Shown here: positions 1 to 9,645 of the stretch, piece by piece
Layout of the letters: each line of letters begins with the position of its first letter
Position numbering within the stretch: the first letter of the stretch is position 1
Made by a program: the position numbers and the translations under genes
Assembly: GCA_002269645.1 (NCBI GenBank)
Contig: NIVC01001936.1
Span: 156,776-220,775 of the forward strand
Length of the DNA stretch: 64,000 bases
Source of the DNA: Macrostomum lignano
Taxonomy: Eukaryota
Direction: 5' to 3'
The notes under the pieces: model-generated
Databases searched by the model: none
Seen by the model: the letters and a program-made list of their open reading frames with translations, nothing else
Told to the model about the DNA's origin: nothing

Positions 1-434
1 CGCCGTCTCCATTCTGCCCCACCCTCTCCCCTTTTTTGTGTATTATTTAAATGCTAGCCCTGAGCGGGCTGCGCTCCACGTTTGCTCTCTATTGGTGTCC
101 GCTTCGTTCTTACTGTTTTTGCGTTCATCGGCGTACCTCTGCCTTCGCGTGCCAATAACTGCTTCGGGCCAATAAACGCTTCGTGTTAACTCGATATATC
201 AAGAGGAGGTGAGCTCGAGCTTTCGTTCTTCTGGGTTGCCGCGTGGGGCCGGGATCTGCAGGGACCTGGGAACGGTGAACTCTCGCCGATCCCAGGGTGT
301 TCGGTCAGGCGAACTCTCGCCGAACCGAGCGAGACAGGGTAGGAATAGCCGGGGTGAGGGCTGGGACAGGGGTGTCTCAGGCGGGAGGGCCCGAACCTTG
401 ACCCGTCCAGCGGCCATTAGGCCGAGACACAACA
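1..434 (+). repeat. 5' LTR (partial, begins before the window)
   Basis: Near-identical to 7939-8400; ends ...GACACAACA immediately before the PBS; TATTTAAA near 43-50 and AATAAA at 171-176. Confidence 0.92.
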
Positions 435-436
435 AG

Positions 437-454
437 TGGTGCCGTGACCAGGAT
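437..454 (+). promoter_or_regulatory. Primer-binding site, tRNA-His type
   Basis: TGGTGCCGTGACCAGGAT starts 2 nt after the LTR end; it is complementary to the tRNA-His 3' end (..ATCCTGGTCACGGCACCA). Confidence 0.88.
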
Positions 455-558
455 CAGCGGTCCTCTCCCCTGCTGTCCTGCCGTGTGTTTAGGGTTGTGT
501 GTGTTGCCTAGTTTATTTGTGTGTTGTTTGCTTCGGTTGTCTCTGTGTTTTTGTAGCC

Positions 559-1539
559 ATGGCCAATTTAGACGATCTGATTGACGCCCTGACGGCGCGT
601 CTGCAAAACGAACTTAATGTGGCACAGCGGGTGCCGAGGCCAAATAAGTACGTGCCCACACAGGACTTTGCCCTTTGGATGCAACAATTCACAGGGTATT
701 GTGAGGCGGCTCATATTCTAGGGGATCAGCGCAAGCAGGCGCTGCTCAGTCTGCTTGACTTTAATACTGCTTTTAAGGCTGTTGCGAATCTTGAGTTGGC
801 CGATGATTTGCCGTATGATGAGTTTGTTGAGCAGCTAGAAGCTAGGTTTGATGAGAATAGGACTGCTCAAGATTACAAGACCGAGTTCCAGAGTAGGAAT
901 CAGAAAGATGGCGAGCCCATTGAAGAATATGCAGACGTGCTCAAGGAGCTTATGAGAAAATCGTACCCAATGCTGCCAGCGGCCCAGCGAGAAGAGTTGG
1001 TGAAAGACAGGTTTTTGAAGGGGATTCGGGTGCCAGCCCGGGTGCTGGAGAGCGTGCTGCTGCAAGCGCCAGAGACGCTCCAGGACGCTATTAGGCGGGT
1101 GCGTCAAGTGAGGGCATCGTTGGCTCTGATGGAGCCCGAGGGTAAGCGAGCTGTGCACATGGTGGGGGGTCAGGCCGCAGCGGCTGGCAACAGCCAGGAG
1201 TCCAGGGCAGCCGCCGAGATAGCAGCTCTGAAAGCGGAAGTGGCTCAGCTAAAAGCAAGTGCTGCAGCGCCCACTGCGCCGATGGCGACAGCAAGGTCTG
1301 AGCAGCCAAAAGTGAGCTTGCAGCATCGAGCCCCTGAGCAGAGTCAGCAGCAGAGGCAGTGTGGTCGGTGCCTGCAGACAGGGCATACTACGGCTCGGTG
1401 CCGTAATGCAGTGGTCTGCCGGGAGTGTGGCCAGTCAGGGCACATGCGCAACCGCTGCTATCGTCGGTGGGACCAGTCGGGTTCGGGAAACGGATTGGGG
1501 GCTCGGCCGGGGCACCCGTCCGGGCCCCAGCGTCAGTGA
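559..1539 (+). CDS. gag: Gag with two CCHC zinc knuckles (326 aa from ATG 559)
   Basis: Retrotransposon gag motif FQSRNQKDGEPIEEYADVL; knuckles CGRCLQTGHTTARC and CRECGQSGHMRNRC. Confidence 0.95.
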   Translation: MANLDDLIDALTARLQNELNVAQRVPRPNKYVPTQDFALWMQQFTGYCEAAHILGDQRKQALLSLLDFNTAFKAVANLELADDLPYDEFVEQLEARFDENRTAQDYKTEFQSRNQKDGEPIEEYADVLKELMRKSYPMLPAAQREELVKDRFLKGIRVPARVLESVLLQAPETLQDAIRRVRQVRASLALMEPEGKRAVHMVGGQAAAAGNSQESRAAAEIAALKAEVAQLKASAAAPTAPMATARSEQPKVSLQHRAPEQSQQQRQCGRCLQTGHTTARCRNAVVCRECGQSGHMRNRCYRRWDQSGSGNGLGARPGHPSGPQRQ

Positions 1540-1549
1540 ATCCGGGTGC
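1485..1549 (+). promoter_or_regulatory. -1 programmed ribosomal frameshift signal (slippery heptamer plus H-type pseudoknot)
   Basis: G GGA AAC at 1485-1491 in gag frame; stem 1 is 1498-1506/1520-1528; stem 2 is GCACCCG 1512-1518 with CGGGTGC 1543-1549; the -1 frame is open toward the protease. Confidence 0.8.
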
Positions 1550-4500
1550 ATCGGGGGCCGCGGCCTTGTCCCAGAGTGTGCTGAGTCGGCAGGGACTGGG
1601 CTATGTGGATGCACAGTTTAGGTTTGGGCCCCGATTGCATGTCTGCTTGACAGCGGGGCCACCGTGTCGTTGTTAAGCAACCGTTTCCTGAAGTCTAAAA
1701 AGCCGACATTGACTTATTGCCGAATTTGCCGAATTTTTCCGTTTTCGCTGCCAATGGGGAACCGATTGCTGTACATGGAATGGTGACGATGAAGTTTTCT
1801 GTTGGGGACACCGAGTTTTTGCACGAGTTCGCTGTGGTCGAGGAACTGGCTGTGGCATGTATTCTGGGCACTGACTTTTTCGTGAGACACGGGATGGCGA
1901 TTGACTTTGCTAGGAATTGCTTGCAGACTGCATCCTGTGTGTATCCGTTTCGCTTATCAGCAGATAAGCCGCGTCTTTGCCGTCTGGTGCTGAGTCAGCC
2001 TGAGCAGTTCAATGCAGGTCAAGAGAAGGTGGTGCACGTCAGGTTGCAGAGAAGGGTTCCCTCTGGGGTTCAGTTCCTAGGCATTGTGGAGTCTGAGAGG
2101 AGAGTGAGTAACGAGCAGATGGTGGCCAGATCGGTACAGATGCCTGACGGGGACGGTCGCTTGGCTGTCAGGGTGTTGAACACGTCAGGATGCAGTCTGT
2201 CATTAAGGAAGGGAAGCCGAATTGGTTGGTTCTCCCCAGTGGCGGCCCAGCAGCCAGCTGGGTGGCAGGTGAACTCGGTGGAGAGTGTCCGAGACGACTG
2301 GAACCCCCTCAGCGATGTCAAGGAGTGGGGAGGATGTGGCCTGACGGGCGATGAGAAGCACGAGTTTGAGCGCCTGATGGCTCGGAATCGTGATGTCTTT
2401 GCCAGGGATAGCTCGGAGTTGGGACAGTCACACTTGATGGCGCATGAGATTGACACCGGCAACGCCAAGCCAGTAAGTCAGCCCGCGCGTAGGATTCCAC
2501 CGCGCTGGAAGGAGGAAATTGATAAGCAGGTTGATGAGTTGTTGCAGCAGGATCGCATCTATCCCTGCTACTCTCCGTGGGCGAGCCCGATCGTGCCGGT
2601 TAAAAAGGCCGACGGTAGCTTGAGGTTGTGTCTAGACTATCGGCGCCTTAACGAGGTCACAGTGCCAGATCCTTACCCACCGCCGCGGATGGACGAGACG
2701 CTTGATGCGCTAGGAGGGAACTGTGTTTTCTCGACGATGGATCTGGCCTCCGGCTATCATCAGTGCCCGATTGAGCCGAAGGACCAGTTGAAAACGGCGT
2801 TCGTGGTACCCAACAGGGGTCAGTTCGCCTGGAAGTGCATGAGTTTTGGCTTGCGCAATGCTCCCGCTACGTTCGCCAGGCTAATGTCTATGGCCCTGTC
2901 TGAGGTTAACTGGAAGGAGTGCCTGGTGTACTTTGACGATATAGTCGTGTTCGCCAAGTCGGTGGGTCAGCATCTCGAGCGATTGAAGCATGTTTTCCAG
3001 TGCCTGAGGGATGCCAATGTCAAGCTGAAGCCCGCCAAGTGTGTGTTCCTCGCAGAGCGGGTGAAGTTTCTGGGCCACATCGTCTCTCAGGAGGGGATCG
3101 CAACGGATCCGAGCAAGTGCGAGGAGATCCAGAATTGGCCGAGGCCATGTAGCGCCAAGAAGGTGCAGGCATTCCTGGGTACGTGCGCCTACTATCAGTC
3201 ATTTATCCCGCAGTTTTCAGAGATTGCAGCGCCGCTGTATAGGTTAACCGCAGACGGAGTGAAGTTTGAGTGGGGTAGTGAAGAGGAGAGCTCGTTTTGC
3301 AGGCTGAAAGACGCTTTGTGTTCACCGAATGTGATGGCATTCCCGGATTTTTCGCCTGGTGCCGGGGAGTTCATCCTCGACACGGACGCCAGTTCGCGCG
3401 TCGGGCTGGGAGCCGTCCTGTCACAGCGTCAAGCAGATGGCCGTGAGAAGGTGATCGCTTACGGGTCTAGGATGATTCATGCGGCGGAGAAAAATTATTG
3501 CACCACCAGGTTAGAGTTGCTTGCCGTCGTGCACTTCGTCAAAAAGTATAGGTACTATTTGTTAGGTAGAAAGTTCACTGTTCGTTCAGACCACAAAGCT
3601 TTGCAGTGGCTAGCCAGTCTGAAGGACGTAGAGGGTCAGTGCGCAAGGTGGCTTGAGTCGCTCCAGAACTTCGACTTTGAGATCATTCACAGGCCAGGCA
3701 AGGAGCACGGCAACGCTGATTCGCTGTCTCGCAAGTACCGAAAACACGCTGGCCATGAGAGCTGCCCTAGCTGCCAGTTTAGCGAGAATGTGCCAGTAGT
3801 GAACGCGGTGTTTGGCAGTGGGCTGTCTTCGAAGGAAGTCCAGCAGGCGCAAGTGGCCGAGAAGAAGCTTGCAGCTGTCCGCTCCTATGCCCTGGACCCG
3901 GGTTCGAACCCCAGTGCGCCTAGAGTGATGTCGTGGGAGGAGCGTGTGCTGTGGGCACAACGGCAGCTGATAAGAGTAGAGTCTGATCTGTTGTATTTTC
4001 AGAGTCCCGGGAGTGGGTGCCAGAAAAAGATCTTGCTGCCGCCGGCTTTGCTGCCGAAAGTGCTCAGTGAGCTTCATGATGGGGTTGCAGGAGGGCACCT
4101 TGGGGTTAGGAAGACACAAGAGAAAGTGAAGGCGAGATACTGGTGGCCGGGGCTGAGTCGTTCCGTGGAAGAGTATTGCCGGAGCTGTGTCCACTGTGCG
4201 AAGGCGAAGCCTGGGCGCAGCAACCGGGCGCCTTTGCAGCCAATCTGCTCGGAAGGAGCTTTCCAGAGGATCATGAGTGACATTGTCGGGCCGTTGCCCA
4301 AGTCCAGAGGTGGCAATCGATTCGTGCTGACAATCCAGGATTCTTTTACTAAGTGGCCGGTGGCGGTGCCCTTGTCCAATCAGCGAGCCCCGACGGTGGC
4401 GCGAGCGATTTTTGATCACTGGATTGCGCACTTTGGTTGTCCTGAATTTCTAGTCACCGATAAGGGCACCAATTTTGAGTCGGCTTTGATGAAGCAGTTG

Positions 4501-5420
4501 TGTCGGTTGCTTGCCGTTAAGAAATGCAGAACGTCCTCCTATCACCCGATGGCTGATGGTCAGGCTGAGAGTTTCAATAAGACGTTGAAGTCAATGATCA
4601 AGTGCAGGATGAGTGAGTCGGTGGGCGAAGGAGACTGGGAGGATCTGATCCACCCGTCTCTCATGGCGTACCGTAGCAGCGTTCACAGAGGCACGGGGTA
4701 CACCCCGTACTACATGCTGTACGCCAGGGAGATGCGGCTTCCAGTGGACATCGGAACCTTGCCTGAGTCCATTCCTGCCAGTGCTCCGGCGTATGTTCAG
4801 TCATTAGGTAATAGTCTGGCTGAGGCTCATTCGCAGGTGCGGACCAACCTGCAGCAGTACCAGAGGAAACAGAAAGTGCTGTACGACTCAAGGGTGCGAG
4901 GCCCGGCCATAGAAGTGGGGATGCCGTCCTAGAATACTCGCCTGCGCTGCAGGCAGGGGAGGCAGCCAAGTTCCATTGCAATTGGAAGGGGCCGGCGAAG
5001 GTGTTAGAGAAGATATCCGATTTGAATTACCGGGTAAAGCACGCCAATAGGGGAAAGAGCAAAATAGTGCATTATAATAATTTGCGAAAAGTACCCGAGC
5101 GGCCTGAGCAGTTCAGGTTGATGAATAGGCATACGGCAGTGCAGCGCCGGTCGGCGCATCCGCCTGAGCCGGCAGGGTGCAGACAGGAGCCCGCGGGGCC
5201 GGCGACTAAAGAGCCGGAACTTGAGGAGGAGGAGGAGTTTTACTCGTATGTGGTGCCACCAGTTGCCGTTGGGCCTCGGCATGGGATAGTAGGGCCGGGA
5301 ACGCCAGTTGCGCCATGCGCACCGGTGGCTCCAGCGGCGCCAGCCGTGTCTCCGCGCAGACTGCGCGAGCGTCGGGGTGTGCCCCCAGCGTATTACGGGA
5401 ATCCGGTATTGTATCGTTAA
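1486..5420 (+). CDS. pol: Pol (PR-RT-RNaseH-IN), interrupted by three single-base deletions
   Basis: Protease LLDSGATVSLL (1643-1675, off-frame), RT LCLDYRRLN and YFDD, RNase H LDTDAS, integrase HHCC and DDE (SDIVG, TDKG, QAESFN), C-terminal WKGPAKV (GPY/F-like) off-frame after 4920. Confidence 0.95.
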
Positions 5421-5757
5421 TTCGCAGTGGGCTCACAAGGCGGTCGTCATAAATTGATTTTTAATATGCACTTGTATTAATGCCTCCACGCTGTTGTCTA
5501 TGGTAGAAAGCCTAAAATAACCTAAAATGAAAAAAATGATACAACCCCAAAGCACAAAAAAATCATAAAATGGAACGCATGGAAAGCACGTAAAAAACAT
5601 TAAATGTATTAAAATTACAAAGTATGCTAGGCAAGAAGCGTTCTCAATCGTATTGTAAAATAAACATGTCATAGGATGGGTCAGGTCAGGGTCACAGTTG
5701 CTAGTCCGCAAGGCATAGGTAGTGATTGGGTTTAAATGTCATCATTGCAGGAGGACC

Positions 5758-7434
5758 ATGTCGTCGCCAACGACACCGACTGATTTGTATGGCGTGTTAG
5801 GCGTGGGTCGGACTGCTAACTCTGCGGAGATTGAGGCAGCGTGTAGTCGTCTGTACTCAAAGCGGCCCCGCGTCTGTCCTGCCGAGGTAGAGTCTCCGGA
5901 GTCTCAGCGAGACGTGATGGCGATGTGCGTTTTATCTGACCCAGTGTTTCGGGAAGTATACGATCGGGTTGGGGAGGCAGCGTGTCAAGGGGTGTTAAAG
6001 TTCGCCTACTTTTTCAATCCTCCCCCTGACGTTGAGTTGCCCGAGCAGGTCAGGTTAGCTTTGGCTAGTCTTAAGGGAAGCGCCGCAGGGGAAGCTCCAG
6101 TTCACGCGGAGATCCCAGCCGAGTTATTGGCTCCGGCTGCGCTTGCTGAGTGTAGGCGGCTGAGGGGTGCGCTGCTGGCGCGGTTGAGGGCTGGGGATAG
6201 TGAAGGAGCTTGCCTGGTGGTTCAGGAGGTGGCGAGGTTTCTTGATGGGGCTGGTGTGAGTGTGCCTGAGCAGTTGTCTAGATTCTTAGCAGTGTCTGTG
6301 TCGTTTCTGTGCAATCAGTATGGGCGGAAGAGAGGTTCTGGTGGTGGCTCCGGGAGGTGTCGGAGGGTCCCGCCTTCGGTGCTGCAGGCGGCGTTTGAGT
6401 GCGTGTTGTTGGCTGTGCGGGGTTTTGAGCTGTGTGAGTTGGGGGGTCCCTTGTTGGGGAGGCTCCGGGGTCTGTCTCTCTTAGTGGATCCTGGCCTCGC
6501 GCGGCGCCCGGAGGAGGGGAGTGACGGGCCGCACCTTTCGCAGACTCCGCTGACGGCCCAGCGCGACTTGGCGACCGAAGAGTTAACGGGTGTCGACCCC
6601 GAGCAAGTACGACCGGCCGACACGGTCCAGGAGGTCTCCCCCCGTGACGACCCGAATCAGCGCAAGGTCAGCTCGGCTAAGCGTCTCGTCGATGCAAAGG
6701 CATACCTAACGAGGCTGGGCCGGTCGATTCAGCCCGAGGACCTTCGTGGCGTGCGTCGATGTCTAGCGGCTGTAAACTCGCCGTACTGCCTGCGTCTAGA
6801 ATGTCCCGTGGTCCGACCACTGCTGCAAGACCGACGGATCGTGTTCGCCCTGGGCCTGAAGGCCAGTGCTGCACCGTGGTGGCCATCGCTGCGAGACGAT
6901 GTACGACGATTTCTAGCGGGTAGCTGGCCGCGTGTCGTGGCGGTCGGCGAAGTCGAGCTCAATTGGGACGCTGAGAGGTCGCAGCGCCAGGACCAGTTAA
7001 CGGCGGCGATGGAGCAGTTCTTGCTTGCCAAGGAGTTCGGCCTGCCGGTTTTGTTCCGAGTTGAAGGCGGCGAACCTGCCTGGGCGGTCGCCCTAGGATT
7101 CCTCCGGCAGCCGGAGTTTCAAACGATGAGCGTCATGCTGGCCGAGGACCTGGACTTGCCGGAGGCCGTCGAGGCCGCGCTGGTGAGCAAGTGCCACGGG
7201 GTCTTCTTCGAGGTGTCCGCTCGGTGCCGAGGATCCCCGCGAGCGGTCCAACGGGCTAAGCGTCTCCCGCGGCAGCGCCTGCTAGTGACATCGGCCGCAC
7301 CGTTTGGTGGAGACCCCAAGGACCCGACAGCCATCAAGTTCGTGCCGGAAGCCCTAGCGGACAGTGAATGTGATCGCAGGTACTGGACTCGACTGTTTGC
7401 GACCAACTGTAGTAGATTTTTTGGCCGATTGTAG
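5758..7434 (+). CDS. ORF3: J-domain-like (no HPD) + linker + TatD-like TIM barrel (metal ligands lost), 558 aa
   Basis: N-terminal DLYGVLGVGRTANSAEIEAA...VLSDPVFREVYDRVGE (5782-5976) follows the DnaJ consensus. C-terminal LVDAKAYL, VVAVGEVELN, LAKEFGLPVLFR, LPRQRLLVTSAAP, NCSRFF (6682-7431) follows the TatD motif order. Confidence 0.8.
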   Translation: MSSPTTPTDLYGVLGVGRTANSAEIEAACSRLYSKRPRVCPAEVESPESQRDVMAMCVLSDPVFREVYDRVGEAACQGVLKFAYFFNPPPDVELPEQVRLALASLKGSAAGEAPVHAEIPAELLAPAALAECRRLRGALLARLRAGDSEGACLVVQEVARFLDGAGVSVPEQLSRFLAVSVSFLCNQYGRKRGSGGGSGRCRRVPPSVLQAAFECVLLAVRGFELCELGGPLLGRLRGLSLLVDPGLARRPEEGSDGPHLSQTPLTAQRDLATEELTGVDPEQVRPADTVQEVSPRDDPNQRKVSSAKRLVDAKAYLTRLGRSIQPEDLRGVRRCLAAVNSPYCLRLECPVVRPLLQDRRIVFALGLKASAAPWWPSLRDDVRRFLAGSWPRVVAVGEVELNWDAERSQRQDQLTAAMEQFLLAKEFGLPVLFRVEGGEPAWAVALGFLRQPEFQTMSVMLAEDLDLPEAVEAALVSKCHGVFFEVSARCRGSPRAVQRAKRLPRQRLLVTSAAPFGGDPKDPTAIKFVPEALADSECDRRYWTRLFATNCSRFFGRL

Positions 7435-7662
7435 AGTAGAATTGCGTTCTTAAGCCCGTTTTCAATTTTTGCGTACGCAATAGTTTGTGTCCCGTTTTCA
7501 TTTTTTCGTTTTTGTTTTTTGTAATGCCGGCGATATCCACGCGTCGCGTCAAAGTTTTTCTGTTATTTTTCGGCCGTCGTTTTTTGAATTAACTTTTTTT
7601 CAGACTTGCTTGTTCATGCGTTGCTTTTTGCTTGACATCCCCTTTCTCCTCTTCTTTTTCGT

Positions 7663-7674
7663 GGAGGGGGAGGA
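7663..7674 (+). promoter_or_regulatory. Polypurine tract
   Basis: GGAGGGGGAGGA directly abuts the TGTTG start of the 3' LTR at 7675. Confidence 0.88.
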
Positions 7675-8400
7675 TGTTGGGCTGCGCCCTTCCAGTGTGT
7701 ATGTACTCGTACTTTTGTTTTCAGTTTTCATGCCACCCCGCCCCGTCCCCCGTCTCGCGCCCGGGCCAGGGTTTGTGAGAGGCGTAAGTCTCAACCCTGG
7801 CCTAGCCCTTTGCACCCAGCCCCCGGCCCAATCTCTGTCCAATCTGGGTGCCCCCCCCTCCCTCGTTGCCCGCCTCACCCTGGGGCTGCTCGTATTGGCT
7901 GGCTGGCTGATAAGCCGGCTGGGCCCCAGGGTTTGGCTCGCCGTCTCCATTCTGCCCCACCCCTCCCCCTTTTTTGTGTATTATTTAAATGCTAGCCCTG
8001 AGCGGGCTGCGCTCCACGTGGCTCTCTATTGGTGTCCGCTTCGTTCTTACTGTTTTTGCGTTCATCGGCGTACCTCTGCTTCGTGCCAATAAACGCTTCG
8101 TTAGTAACTCGATATATCAAGGAGAGGTGAGCTCGAGCTTTCGTTCTTCTGGGTTGCCGCGTGGGGCCGGGATCTGCAGGGACCTGGGAACGGTGAACTC
8201 TCGCCGATCCCAGGGTGTTCGGTCAGGCGAACTCTCGCCGAACCGAGCGAGACAGGGTAGGAATAGCCGGGGTGAGGGCTGGGACAGGGGTGTCTCAGGC
8301 GGGGAGGGAATAGCCGGGGTGAGGGCTGGGACAGGGGTGTCTCAGGCGGGGAGGGCCCGAACCTTGACCCGTCCAGCGGCCATTAGGCCGAGACACAACA
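7675..8400 (+). repeat. 3' LTR (726 bp), also serving as 5' LTR of the second copy
   Basis: TGTTG...CAACA terminal inverted repeat; matches 1-434; AATAAA at 8088-8093; internal 47-bp tandem duplication at 8260-8353. Confidence 0.92.
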
Positions 8401-8447
8401 AGTCTCGGCCTGTTGTTTGCTTCGGTTGTCTCTGTGCTTTTGTAGCC

Positions 8448-9256
8448 ATGGCCAATTTAGACGATCTGATTGACGCCCTGACGGCGCGTCTGCAAAACGA
8501 ACTTAATGTGGCACAGCGGGTGCCGAGGCCAAATAAGTACGTGCCCACACAGGACTTTGCCCTTTGGATGCAACAATTCACAGGGTATTGTGAGGCGGCT
8601 CATATTCTAGGGGATCAGCGCAAGCAGGCGCTGCTCAGTCTGCTTGACTTTAATACTGCTTTTAAGGCTGTTGCGAATCTTGAGTTGGCCGATGATTTGC
8701 CGTATAATGAGTTTGTTGAGCAGCTAGAAGCTAGGTTTGATGAGAATAGGACTGCTCAAGATTACAAGACCGAGTTCCAGAGTAGGAATCAGAAAGATGG
8801 CGAGCCCATTGAAGAATATGCAGACGTGCTCAAGGAGCTTATGAGAAAATCGTACCCAATGCTGCCAGCGGCCCAGCGAGAAGAGTTGGTGAAAGACAGG
8901 TTTTTGAAGGGGATTCGGGTGCCAGCCCGGGTGCTGGAGAGCGTGCTGCTGCAAGCGCCAGAGACGCTCCAGGACGCTATTAGGCGGGTGCGTCAAGTGA
9001 GGGCATCGTTGGCTCTGATGGAGCCCGAGGGCAAGCGAGCTGTGCACATGGTGGGGGGTCAGGCCGCAGCGGCTGGCAACAGCCAGGAGTCCAGGGCAGC
9101 CGCCGAGATAGCAGCTCTGAAAGCGGAAGTGGCTCAGCTAAAAGCAAGTGCTGCAGCGCCCACTGCGCCGATGGCGACAGCAAGGTCTGAGCAGCCAAAA
9201 GTGAGCTTGCAGCATCGAGCCCCTGAGCAGAGTCAGCAGCAGAGGCAGTGTGGTCG
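8448..9256 (+). pseudogene. gag: Truncated gag of the second tandem copy
   Basis: Near-identical to 559-1367; breaks off at TGGTCG in the first zinc knuckle and is followed by AT-rich host DNA. Confidence 0.93.
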
Positions 9257-9489
9257 AAATGAATGAAAAAAAACTTATAATTTCTAAAAATTTTCATTCC
9301 AAGCTGTAGAAAAGTAGCATGCCTAAAAAATGATAATAAATTATTTTTAGCTGATTTTTTTGCTTCATGAAGGATGAAGGACTTCAAGGTTTTGGGGAAT
9401 TTTGGCCTTTAGGCTTCAGTTTTTTCAGGATTTTAAACATTGTTTTCTATTAGTCTTTTCCACAGCGCCGACACCCCGTGAAGGGAGGC

Positions 9490-9610
9490 ACTTGCAGAGC
9501 TGAAGGGAGGCAGTTGCAGAGCTGAAGAGAGACAGTTGCAGAGCTGAAGGGAGACAGGGAGGGTCGTAGACCGCCTCGATGCGCTCATTGCGGGGACACG
9601 GCTGAAGCGA
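9490..9610 (-). repeat. Short 22-bp minisatellite plus a remnant of an F-box/LRR last exon
   Basis: Units GCAGAGCTGAAGGGAGGCAGTT; 9558-9610 translates on minus to FSRVPRNERIEAVYD, homologous to FRRVPRDERIEAAFE. Confidence 0.7.
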
Positions 9611-9645
9611 AACAAGCAAATTTTTTTAGTTTTATAGCCAATCAG

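Larger units (their letters stand above)
1..9256 (+). mobile_element. Ty3/Gypsy LTR retrotransposon (LTR-gag-pol-ORF3-LTR) plus a tandem truncated second copy sharing the LTR
   Basis: Direct repeat 1-434 vs 7939-8400; PBS and PPT present; PR-RT-RH-IN domain order; gag repeated at 8448-9256. Confidence 0.97.

Noticed and set aside
192-200. LTR end at ...GATATATCA
   Set aside because: No PBS follows. The end at 434 gives a TGTTG/CAACA inverted terminus and an adjacent tRNA-His PBS.
2070-4981. Antisense ORFs within pol, such as 3610-4431
   Set aside because: Shadow frames of GC-rich coding sequence with no recognisable motifs.
5758-7434. ORF3 as an env gene
   Set aside because: No signal peptide, furin site or C-terminal TM anchor; the motifs fit J-domain and TatD instead.
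7487-8447. ORFs 7487-8092 and the LTR-encoded N-terminal extension of 7989-9266
   Set aside because: They overlap the LTR and PPT, have low-complexity composition, and the gag fusion is a by-product of the PBS deletion.
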